Notes under the pieces: generated by a model
Told to the model about the DNA's origin: nothing
The model's input: the letters and a program-made list of their open reading frames with translations, nothing else
Databases searched by the model: none
Part shown: in pieces, positions 26,969-37,820 of the stretch
Numbering within the stretch: the stretch's first letter is position 1
How the letters are laid out: every line of letters begins with the position of its first letter
Position numbers and translations under genes: made by a program
DNA from: Raillietiella orientalis
Lineage: Eukaryota
Assembly (NCBI GenBank): GCA_036172245.1
Contig: JAYWIR010000019.1
Location: 3,472,001-3,536,000, forward strand
Direction of reading: 5' to 3'
DNA length: 64,000 nucleotides

Positions 26969-28561
26969 GCTTTTTTTTTTTTTTTTTTTCGATCGACTCC
27001 TTTTGCTCGCAGAGATGCGGTCATCCTGTCACCTTTCTCATGAAGCAGCAGACAATTGCGAGGACCTCACCGTTTGACCGGCCTCTTTCGGCGCGGCTTC
27101 TCGCCTCCGCAATCCCACGGAGGCAGCAGCACGGAGCTGCAAGGGAAGCTGCAGGCGACATCGAGTCGCGCCGTGAAGAGGAATCGCAAGACCTCCCTGC
27201 CGTTGTCCATCGGGAGTGGGAGGGCCTCAGCGAAGCGTTCCTGGACACTCAGGATGGCAACACAATCCAGCAACAGGAGCGAGAAGATTTCCCGTTCCCC
27301 GCACTTGGCACAATCCAGGACCACACCCCCTCTTGTTCAGCGGTGAACTCTTCTGTCGCATGGGATCGCCCGGTGCAACAACTGCAATGCCGAGTGCAGC
27401 CATTTAAAAGGAAGCGTGTAGAGCTGCTCACAAGCACTGGGATAATTTCTAGCTCTTCAGGAGGAACGTCCAGGAGTTCTACCCAGCGAAGAATTCCTTT
27501 GGGAAGAGAGGCAGGAGGGGGAGAGCATGCGTCAGCCAGCTGAGGCGCCGTCCAGCATTCCAGCTGCTTCTTTTTTCCCGCAACTTCTCAGGATACTTCC
27601 CATCTCTCAAGGCCATTGCCATGTCCACCTTGTGACATCGTGTTGAGCGCGGCTTCAAGAGGGGTATCCCATGTCCGGGTGCCTTCCTTAAGCAGCCCAT
27701 GGTTTCCTGCAACGGGCAGCGAGCATAGTTCGAGAATCGCATGCATCGCTATGGCTCCGGGCTCTTTTCACCCAGACGAACTGCTCCCTATTTCCAGGCA
27801 CTGTAGTTGGCGGAGCGGCAGGAAATCCAACTGTTCTCCTGAAACAAGGCGACCACTTGCCAGTGCTGGCACTTTCATCGGGGCGACTCTCGGTGACCAT
27901 GCACGAGGAACGTAAAGAGTCCTTCAGCACCAGCTGCTCGCTTGGTCAGGAGTCTGGCTGAGGCTCACCAATGATTGGCTTGGAACCTAGCCGCTAGGAC
28001 TAGTCTTCTACTCTAGAGCTGACTCTCCATGCTCTCCAGCGTCAGCACGCCGAGAGCAGCGTCCCAACATGGCGCGCACAAGTCCTTCGAGCGGACCCGA
28101 GACCTCTGAGGTCGCCAGAAGGTTTTTCGCAGGAGGTCCTTGGTGCACTTTTTTTACATCTCGTAGCAGAGTGAAAACAAAAAGCATAGGTTGGAGAAAA
28201 AGCAGGAGGGAGTTGCCAACATCCTCCAGAGGATGCTGAGGATGCGAGAAAGAAATCTGTGATCCCTTCCCCCCCAAAAAACATTTTAAAACCAAACTTG
28301 TGTTGTTAGCGATTTTTTTTGTGTGTGTTTGTGTTTTTTGTTTCTGTTTACCTCTTCCCCCTCTCCTACTGTGCGGACCTCACGGGGAAGCTGCTCATCG
28401 AGGAGCAGTGCCTCTGAGGCGGCATTTTCCTTTGTAGTGGTGATGTGAAGAAACTACGAAGAAAGATATTTTTAACATTTTATATGATTGTTCTTATTGT
28501 AAATATTGATTTTTTTTTTTTTTCTTACAATAAACGTCTCGTCATGGCCGGGTGAAAATAA
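26969..28561 (+). mobile_element. Tx1-like element with a 5' inversion (~27000-28190 minus, ~28190-28561 plus)
   Basis: The minus part ends at '..PHLCEQKE' and the plus part resumes at 'QEGVANILQRM' plus 3'UTR ending 'ccgggtgaaaa'. TSD aggatcgact at 26959-26968 and 28562-28571. Confidence 0.75.
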
Positions 28562-28656
28562 AGGATCGACTTTGAGAACGGGGAGTGCGTAGTGAGTTTC
28601 GATTACCTTCCGCAGGATGACGCTGACTGCCCTACAGGCATCGGACGCGGCACTGG

Positions 28657-29474
28657 TTGACACATGGTCACGCCGGGGCGTTTATTATAAAATAAACATA
28701 CATGTTTGTGGCAGAATGTTAGATCCCCGCGAACGGTGGTGCCTGGTAGCAGGAAACCTTTCGAGAATCCAGGAGCCAAGCTAGGAATAGTTGCGACGTT
28801 TCCTGTACGTGCACAACAACAACTGCACTCTCCGGGAGATCCTGGAAGATCCTGCTAAGAGTGCGTAGGCAAGCAGAATCCTCCCTCTCCGTCACACTGT
28901 CCTCCCTTAAGGAGCACATGGGCAGCAGCCTTGCGGCCAGATGGAAGGCTACTGTGGGAACCTCCAAAAGGAGAAGAGGACTAGGCGAGTGGACAGCGGG
29001 TGAGCTCACCGACGCTGAGACTTTGATTGCTCGACCTCGCGGACTTTTGCGCCGAGGCGTGTTACTAGGTATTCCGGAGGAAGACCTGCAGTGGCCGCCG
29101 GTGCTCATGAACACCTGTACCCTCCCCTGAAAGTGGCAGGGGTTGGCATTGATGCTGCTGCAGGTCTGAGGTCTCCCGTGCGGCAACGCCTGCAGGCATC
29201 ATTGAACACGAGGGAAGGGGGTAGACCCAAACTGTGCAAGGTGCTGGGAGTAGGATTCCCTCCCGTACCTCCTAGCGGACTGTTTTCCCCTCCAGTCCTT
29301 TTGAGGACGCTCTGCTGAGACCCTTGGATGTCTTGGCAACGCCAGCGACATTTGAAATCGTCTCCTCCTACACGACGCCCTCACGCCGGCCGCATCCCTA
29401 GCAGCACTTTGCTGCATGCGCGGGATCGTGGCTGCATGGAGCAGCAGCTCCAGAAGAGGCCCGAAGGACAGAGT
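28657..29474 (-). mobile_element. Tx1-like element with an inversion: 3' terminus 28657-28727 (minus), ORF2 segment ~28728-29474 (plus)
   Basis: ORF 28861..29130 matches 13138..13350. TSD gcggcactgg (28647-28656) and gcggcactag (29475-29484). Confidence 0.75.
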
Positions 29475-31693
29475 GCGGCACTAGTGGAAACCGGAAACCA
29501 AATGCCACAGTTGACTGGCCGGGATTGAAGTGGACCCTCCGGGGTCTTTCGAGGAATCAGGGAGCCGTTTCCCTTCAGGGTTCTCCTCCGGCTGGGAAAA
29601 AGGAAGCAGTGCAGGAAATGCAGATGGCTTATATAAAGAATCGGTTTGGTCTTCGCTCACAAGCACTGCCGACTTCCTGAGAATGGATTTGCGGGGCTGA
29701 GGGATTTCTCTGCGACTGCTCACGGACCTCCTTTCGCTCAAGCAGCCGAGCCTTAAGTCGCAGTGTGATTTTCCAGGAACGAGGCTGTGAAAGTTCATCG
29801 AGATGGAGAACGAAGGGAGCAAGAGAAAACTGTACCTGACGTGTGACCTTCAGCTGTGCGCCACATTCGTCTTGTCATGTCTGCGCCACATGAAAAATGC
29901 CTGCCACTAGTCACTTAGTTATGTCGGGTGCTGCCAACCTGCTGTCCCGATCTCCGACAGGATGTTGGAAAATGTAGCTGAAGTTCGGATCGCTCTTGAG
30001 GATGAGACACCCGCGAGCGCAGCATTTGTTTGCTTTCCATAGCCAAGGAACACCCTTTGTGCGATCGTTTCGTACTATGATTCGTGTCCACGGGGAGATC
30101 CATAATGGCGCCGTAATTAACATGGATGCAGATGGACCCGTGTGCTGGCTGATTATGCGAGACCTTTCACTTCACTCTGAGATAGCTGCTCACACACCTC
30201 GTGTGCTTGCAAATTCTGGAGTCTGGAAGCGTGCAGTTCGATTCCATGCAGTTTGAACACTTTTTACGCTTTTCTTTTTTTTTTAAATTTCATTTTCAAA
30301 ATCACCCCTTATTATTCTGCAAAAACTTCTATTCCAGAATTACTCCTTCGGATCATTCTCTTTCACTTACAGACGAACGGGATTCAGATGTCCATCATTA
30401 ATGATCTCCCAGCAACCACGAAACCAATTTAATTTTTTTCGCGAGGAATCGCTATTTACCTTCAGTTTTTTGATGCGAATAAAAATTTGCCTTGTCTGTC
30501 CTAAATTTTCAAATTTTCAGTGCGACCTTCAAATTTTGATCTACTGCAGAGTCCCCGCATTCTAATGGAACCGAGACGAAGTTTCTACTTCTTTTTGTTG
30601 TGCAGGCACCGCACTACTCGTTATTTATGGGTACCGGGAAAATAAGGATGAATATTTCCCATAACGCCAACCGAGCTATACTAACCAGCTACTACGGACG
30701 AGTGATGAATTGGTCACTAAAATGGATGATTGCGATAGCTTTGTGCTTGAAGACAGATCGCGCAATCAAATGGAAGGTTCCCTCGTCTTCCACGAGTTCC
30801 CAATTCATTTCAGTCGATAGCTGAGAGGTTTCGCTGATCCAGCAGGGAGAGATGGAGACTCCTGCGGCCTGCCAATAAACGGCAATTTGAGAACTCGGAA
30901 AAGTTTTCAAATGCAGATTGCAAGAGATCGGAGCAAGAAGGTGAAGATGTGTTTGCTTTCCGGATCCAGATTCGTGCAGAAAGGGACTCCGAGAAATCGT
31001 CGAACCCTTAGGGGGTGCTTACGTTGAACGAAAGAAGGAGAGGAAGGGGGGGGGAGGAAGAGTACATCCCAGTTCTCAGAGAGATGCAGATCACGTGATA
31101 CAGGTTGCGATGCTGCTCGATTCCCCAAAGCGAGCAGATGAGAAATTACACTCCGCCGTGTGAGCCTGGGGAGTGCACACCTCGAGGATCAAAAAGCCGC
31201 TTTACCGAACCACCTGAAGAGGGGAATCGTGCAGTGATAATGACCGTCGCAATACTTTCTAATATTTGCAGTAGTAAGAGCATGCGCAGTACGGACTTGT
31301 TTGGTACTTGCGAAGTGGTCCAGAGGCACGTGCCTGGGCAGACTTTCTCTGCAGAGCAGGATTTCGGAGGCGAGCGGATGGAGTACCATTTCCGAATTTG
31401 TTCGATAGCGATTGTTCTACAATGCCTTTAGGATAGATTTCAGAGCCGTCCTGCATGCCATTTCTCTATCGCGCATCACGACGAAAAGCAACGGCTGCAG
31501 GAAAGCAGAGGCGGAATCAATCGGGTGCCCCAAGGAAGCGGCGTGCCGAATCGGAATGAGGTGGAGGCGTGCTAATTCATTTCCCAAGATGGACATTTTT
31601 CTCGTAATTTGAACAACCCCCTTCCCGGGGAACTGACTTGTTTCACCCAAAGGATGCGGATGCTCGAAGTCATCCGTCACAGTGGATCCCAAA

Positions 31694-32594
31694 TGGGTCG
31701 GTTCCAAATCCCGAACGATCATAAAATCTAAATATAGATGTTTATTATGTATATTAATATAATTAATAATGTGTTCATTACATATCAGTATAAAGATTAA
31801 TGTATATTATGAAGACTGTGTAGAAATAAATATATGCTTATTATGTATATGTATATGCAATTAATATGCAAATTTATTTTAACGCACACATTTATTAATA
31901 GTTCTTAACATAAATGTCATTAATATAATTAAAATAATATGCATCTATATATTATTAATATGTACAGTAAAGATTACAAAAAGTAAATATATATGTTCAT
32001 TGCATCTATTAATATATAATAGTTATCTGCATAATAAATATATGTAGCATGAATATGTACATATCGAAATGTAAGGAATAAACGAAATAATGGTGGCAAT
32101 TCAAAATAGTGAAAAAAAAATGAAAGACAAGCGAATTAATAAAAAAAGAAAAAAAGAAATTTGGTATTTCCTTTCCCTGCCATTTCCAATTGAAATTTCC
32201 GCAACTGATGGATTCTATTTTCGGCATTTTGCACGTTCCATGTACGTTTATAATTGGATATCTGTATATTTACTTCACACATATTTGTTGTGTACGTGAA
32301 TATGTATTATTACATTCAATAAGCATGTACATTTTTTATAATTTTTATGACATGTATTGAATATTTGTATTGATGCATATTATTAACCACGTTAATAAAT
32401 ATTAATGATTATAATTCTAAATACTTTGAATAAATTTTTGTATCAATCTATATAAAAATATACACATTTGTATGAATATTAAGAATATATATTTACTATT
32501 CACAATATTTACTATGTATATAAATATGTGTACATTGATGTGTATCATAAAGTATTTATTTGCGATGGTCTTTCGGGATTTCGATCAGCACCCA
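31694..32594. mobile_element. AT-rich MITE-like element with imperfect terminal inverted repeats
   Basis: Left end tgggtcggttccaaatcccgaacgatcat versus reverse complement of right end tgggtgctgatcgaaatcccgaaagaccat. Interior is very AT-rich and non-coding. Confidence 0.5.
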
Positions 32595-34080
32595 TCCCAG
32601 ATATTCATTTTCGGCAACAACGATCCAGGGAACAGTGCAATGAGAACAAATAAGGCAGCAATCCTTCAGGTGTTTGTTTATTCGATGGAAGCATTCCATA
32701 AAAGCATCGGACCTTCAAGAACCACAAGGATGGACAGTTCACTAGCAGGTCAATACAAGACAGCAATCGAATTATTGGCATCTCCATTCCAAATATTTTT
32801 CCAAAATAAACGGTGCTCTGTTCAACCTTTAACCGCCTGTTTCTTCCTTTCTTTCCTTCTCCCCCCCCCCCTCTTATCCTGAACAGGGGGGATGTTATGA
32901 ATATCACGCACTCTCCGTGAATATCATAAGCGCTTATTGGTATGGCTCATAGCAGCGGATGTAGAAGAACTGGTCAGGATGTGCATTGGATCGCTAAGAC
33001 TCTTGTTGGAGTTTTCTATTTTATTCCCTCCTCATTCCCAATTCAAGACCGCTTTCCACTTTTGCGCTCGATGCAATTCTATTTAAGGTGGTGTTCGGGA
33101 AACTTCATTTTCATATGGAAATGTGATTTGCGGGTATTTACGAATCGCTTATCCCAAGGATTTCCATCCCGGGAGTGGGAGGAAATTTTGCAGCCCTTCG
33201 GCCCCTGAGTTGAATTTCATGTTGCGGATGCTTCCCTGGTTGCCTTAACTCCCGTCGAGTCCGAAGAGCTGACTTCCAATTGATTCGTTTGCTTCGAAAG
33301 AAGAACAGCGCTGATTGCTGAAGTGAAAATAACCGGAAAGGATGGCTCCGTGACTCCTTGCTCTTAGGCGATTCACTTGACATTCTTCCGTTCATCAAGG
33401 ATGCGCCCGATGTTTTCTTGTCGCATCTCGGCTGCAGGAAGGCACACGGGTAGGGGAGACAGACACATCCACGCGGACAATAGGGATGCGATCGATGAAG
33501 ATGGAGGGTGGAGATGGTATCGAAGGGGGAGAATCGAGCATCTTCACGGGAAGATTCTCCAATGACTTCGCCTAAGCCTACACAGCTTGTCGAGCAGCAT
33601 GGAACCCTTCATTCCTGTCGCCCTTTTTCTCCGTGGACTGATGGAACGAAATCTTCCAACAACTCTTTCCGCGATCCCGATGCCAAGAAACAAGGAAGGC
33701 AGGACCACCAGAGATGTCAACACACGTCGATTTTTCCAGAAGGAAAATGGTAAACATTCCTTAGGCTAAGAAGACAGTGAAAATTCAGGCAGACATCAAC
33801 CTTCCCTGCATCTCCGTTCCGGGGGTGTCGGGGCGCATGGGCACCGCGTTTCGTGGGAACGGGACTCAAGCATCGCACAGTCCTGGATCGCTGGGATTTT
33901 TCCCCTCTTCTGATCGTGATCGCAAGCGAAGTGGCATTCCTGCGAAGGAGACAACCACGAGCGGCAGCGTCAAACGATGGGAATGCCTTCCCTCAGGAAG
34001 GACGATAAGGGAAGACCCTTGTGCAGGAAGAAATCCCGTCGTTCCTGATTCGGCGGCCCATTCCAGTTCCTACCTCTGGA

Positions 34081-34736
34081 TTGTCACCCCTGTGAGCCGG
34101 GTGTTTATTTCCATATAAAAAAAATAAACAATCAAAGTCTACACATAAAAAAATAAACAATCGTAATCATAGCATGTGTTTGGACCGGTGGTCCAGTCAC
34201 GTGCAATTTACCGGGAGCCTGCCGGGTTACCGGTACGCAGCCAGTGAGGTCCGCTACGACAGTGGAGAGGAGAGGAGGGCAAAAGAAAAAAAAACAAAGG
34301 AACAGAAAAAAATAAACAAATTTGGGAAGGGGTGCAGGAAGGGGTAACGTTCTGCTAGCGGCGGTCCTCTGCACTTTCTGTAGGATGCCGGCAGGTTCCT
34401 GCTGTATGGATTTGCTCAGATGGCGCCATCTCGTTGTCATCCTTATGAATCGGACGGCAAAGTGGATGTAGCATCCCTGTCGCTGTGCCCTCCTCTCGAG
34501 TAGCTCCAGGCAGCCACGATCCTGCGTAGGCAGAAAAGAAGCTGTGAGCCGAAGGGCGACGCGTAGGAGGAGGGGTTCCAAAGCGTCCCTGGAGTTGATG
34601 ACAGGGGTTCCTAGGATCGCGACAAAGAGTTCCTAGAAGGGGCCGGAAGGCAACACAATCCACAAGCAGGTTCAGGAGGAATTCGCGCTTCCTGCACCTG
34701 CCACAGTTCGGGTCCACAGACCACAGTATCCAGAGC
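34081..34736 (-). mobile_element. 5'-truncated Tx1-like element
   Basis: 'DPNCGRCRKREFLLNLLVDC' and 'QQEPAGILQKV'. 13-bp TSD tcctacctctgga at 34068-34080 and 34737-34749. Confidence 0.85.
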
Positions 34737-35499
34737 TCCTACCTCTGGACACGCTGCGAGGAGATACTGGTGCTCACCCACAGCCGGCACGCCTTTTCGA
34801 AGCTGCGGTGCGAACGCTTGCGTTCTTTCGGAATGCAGAGGGCTATGAAGGACCTTGGAGTCACTAGAGGTGTGACCACATCAGGAAGAGGATTCTGGTT
34901 TCTGAGCAATTTCTTCTCGCAGTTTTCCCCAGGTTCGACAACGGGTGGATGGGACGAATCTATTCATCCTCACTACATTTTGTCTACTGCGGTCTTCTGA
35001 CAAAATTCCCCAAAACAAAAGCTTCCACGGTGAATTTTTCACCTGCGCACTGCTCACAATGAGGTCGACTCAGAAGGTCTTACTCCGGTTCTCCGTCCGA
35101 ACGCTCTTCACTTTCGGATCGTCTCTTTTGGAAAGATAAGCGAGGGGTGTGGCCTTGTACTCATCCGGCCATCTACAGTCTTTGCAAGATGTGCCAGAAC
35201 GTCCGTCGTGATCTTCCTGTCACGATCCTGTCATGATCTTTTTTTCCGGAACATTTTTAGAACAGGACAAAAAGCAGGAAGGCGGAAGGAGGTCTCGGTA
35301 GGAAGAAGACAAAGACGACATCCGGAAGCCTCCGCGTCGCCGTAGAAACACTCGAGAGGAAGAAGAGAAAGGAGAAGAAAGGGAGGAAAGGAAGATGAGG
35401 AGGAGGATGGGAAGACGAAACTTATAGAGAGCGTTGGTAGTGATGTCGTTCGAGGGAGAGAGAAGGTTGACTTGGGATTTCCTTCCGGATCTGGCGATG

Positions 35500-36780
35500 C
35501 TCGTGACAAAGTAGGATGAGGTCGCCCATACTATCTGCTTATATGCCGGGAACCATGGAAGAGTCCACTGAGAATCTCAGCTCACAGGTTTTCTGAGCCT
35601 GTTCCTTGTCGGACCACTTTCTAGCCTTGCGTCACGGTCCAGCAAATGAACAGGTGGTGTTCGGTTTCCCGCCCACTTCGCCTTACGTCCTGCAGACTTC
35701 TTGGGTTCTGCTTGTTAGCTCTCGGAGTCGAGCGTCGCACGAGAGACCTCTGCTGTAGAATAGGAGGGTCAGGTGAGAGCGTCTGGTCGCGAGAGCCTCG
35801 CTCCAGATCACCGCTCTGAAGTTGATCCGTGCCTTGGGGAAACGGTGGTTCTGCCGCAGCAACGATCCCCTCCTCCGTTTCCGGTCTGCAGGTGCTTTCC
35901 TTCCTGAAGCCATTTTCCCCTCCCTCACCTTTCCAGAGTTCCCTGGTCCATTGGGTCATTCTACTTTTCATTTTGCCTCTGCACCGGGGCAGACGCATTT
36001 CGTGACGATTTCCGCTTGTTGCGAACTGTTGGCAGCGCTGAATACTCAATTCGGGTGTCCGCTGAGCTCATCAGACCGTTGGAGTGCGACAAAACAGGCA
36101 ATCACAAGAGCCGTAGGTCTCCGTCCCGGAGGTCCTTGCTCCTGGACACTATTCCGAGTAGGCAGAGGATCCCTTTTTCTCAAGCACGTGGGGTAAACCG
36201 TTGTCCCATGCTGACAGAGATGCCGTGGCGCCCCTGGATCCATATAGGAAATCGCCATAAAGTCACTGTGTGAGCATCCCAGCTCATCCCAGTTCATCTT
36301 CGTAGAATCCAGGATTCGCTGCATCCTTGAGCTGGGTTGCTCCACTACCAACTTCGTTCCGAAGCCACCTTCTCTCGGGAGGCAAAGGCGTTTGAGCTTC
36401 GCCCGATGCCCATGGATGCTCTAGATTTCTTGCGTGTTTTGATCTGCTTCCTGCTTCAAAGGGTAAAAGACCTCTCCTCTCATCTTGTGCAACACGCTGC
36501 TGCAGAAGATGATCTCTTCCTCGAAGCTAGAGTCTACCTGGCTGCATCAGGTATTTTCTCCTGCTACCCTCTCCAGGATTTCCTTTTATTGGTCTGTTGC
36601 CACTGAGGTGTCTCCAATGTAGATTCCTGGGTACTTGATGGTATCCACCACTCGAAATCCCTGATCCCTGATCTGTTGACATAGTAAGGTCCAGAGTGGA
36701 AGGGGGCCCGCTCCCGAGTTCCAGTTCTGTCCCGGTGCAGGATCCTGGCAGAAGATATGCGAATTTAATCTTCAAGTTCG
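35500..36780 (-). mobile_element. Very degraded CR1/L2-like LINE ORF2 remnant
   Basis: Scattered motifs in the expected order: 'PSTLDL' (endonuclease end), then 'FPQGT' (RT PQG motif). Many frameshifts. Confidence 0.25.
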
Positions 36781-37439
36781 ATCTGATATATCATTCACGG
36801 TCATGCTAGAGGCGCAGGTACACCAGGAAGAGCGCACGTAAGGCAAACCTGAACGGAGCTTTCAGACCCTGAGGGCATCGCAGCAATGCGGCTCGTTGAA
36901 ATTCATCGCCGGAGGCGAGTTCTTCTCAGCCCCCCCCATCCCCCGAGGAAGATGCACCCGGGAAACATCGAGTGCGAAACATCGCGGTGCACGAAAACAC
37001 TACGGCGTTTCTCAGGCGGGATGTGAGGAGGAGGCCCCGTTGTGCGGACGGCTCGACCTCTGTCCGCCCGCGCCCGAGTTGCAGGCCGGTCACGCGGGCA
37101 GGGGCTTCGCCGAGCACCCCTGTGCGCTCCGTTTCCTGACCACTAGGATGGAGGAAAGAGGTCAGAGCAACAGCCTGCCCTCCCTCCACTACCATGGCTC
37201 CTCCGGGAGGACGTTTCGTCCCGCTCTTTGGTTCTCCCGGCTGCTGCTCGAGCGCTGCAGGCCACACGCTGCATCTAAGGAGGCGGGTGGATTCTGGGCA
37301 GATCTTTCCCCCTCTCCCATGCCACCTGCAAGAGGAACATCCAGTTGCGCTTCTTCTCCTCTCTCTCTCTCGTAGCGCGGTAGGCGGTGGTCCATGTCAG
37401 GCTTTTTGCTCGCATCCTGCGCTGGACCAGTCGGTCCGG

Positions 37440-37820
37440 GAGGGATGCAAGAAACGTCATCCCCGAGGCCCCATGGCCTCTGCAGACTCCTCGACACTCA
37501 AAAAAATGAGTGACCGTCGCTGCCTGGAGAGACACAAGAGGACGGCACAGCGACAGGGATGATACATCCACTTCGCCGTCCGATTCATAAGGATGGCTCC
37601 ACCTGAACTCCACACAGCAAGAGTTTGCCAGCATCCTGCAGAGGATGAAAAGGACCGACCCTAGCAGTTCCCTTACCGCAGCCCACCACTAAATTTATTT
37701 ATTTTTATTTTTGTGTCCTTTTTTCCTTTTGTTTGCCCCCCTTCTCCCTGCTGCCGTGGCGGATCTCACCGGTTTGCGAACTGGCAGAGCGGCAGGTTCT
37801 CGGTGAAACGGACGTGGTTG
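37440..37820 (+). mobile_element. Tx1-like 3' fragment lacking the terminal hairpins, followed by a SINE-like internal piece (~37822-37895)
   Basis: 'gcacagcgacagggatg.tacatccactt.gccgtccgattcataaggatg' matches the 34081-34736 copy. 'gcgcgtcatgggtttc'-like sequence matches ~58626-58640. Confidence 0.65.

Larger units (their letters stand above)
26887..29600 (+). mobile_element. SINE-like repeat split into three pieces (26887-26968, 28562-28656, 29475-29600) by two Tx1-like insertions
   Basis: The joined pieces are colinear with the uninterrupted copy at 58528-58810. TSDs are aggatcgact and gcggcact(g/a)g. Confidence 0.7.
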
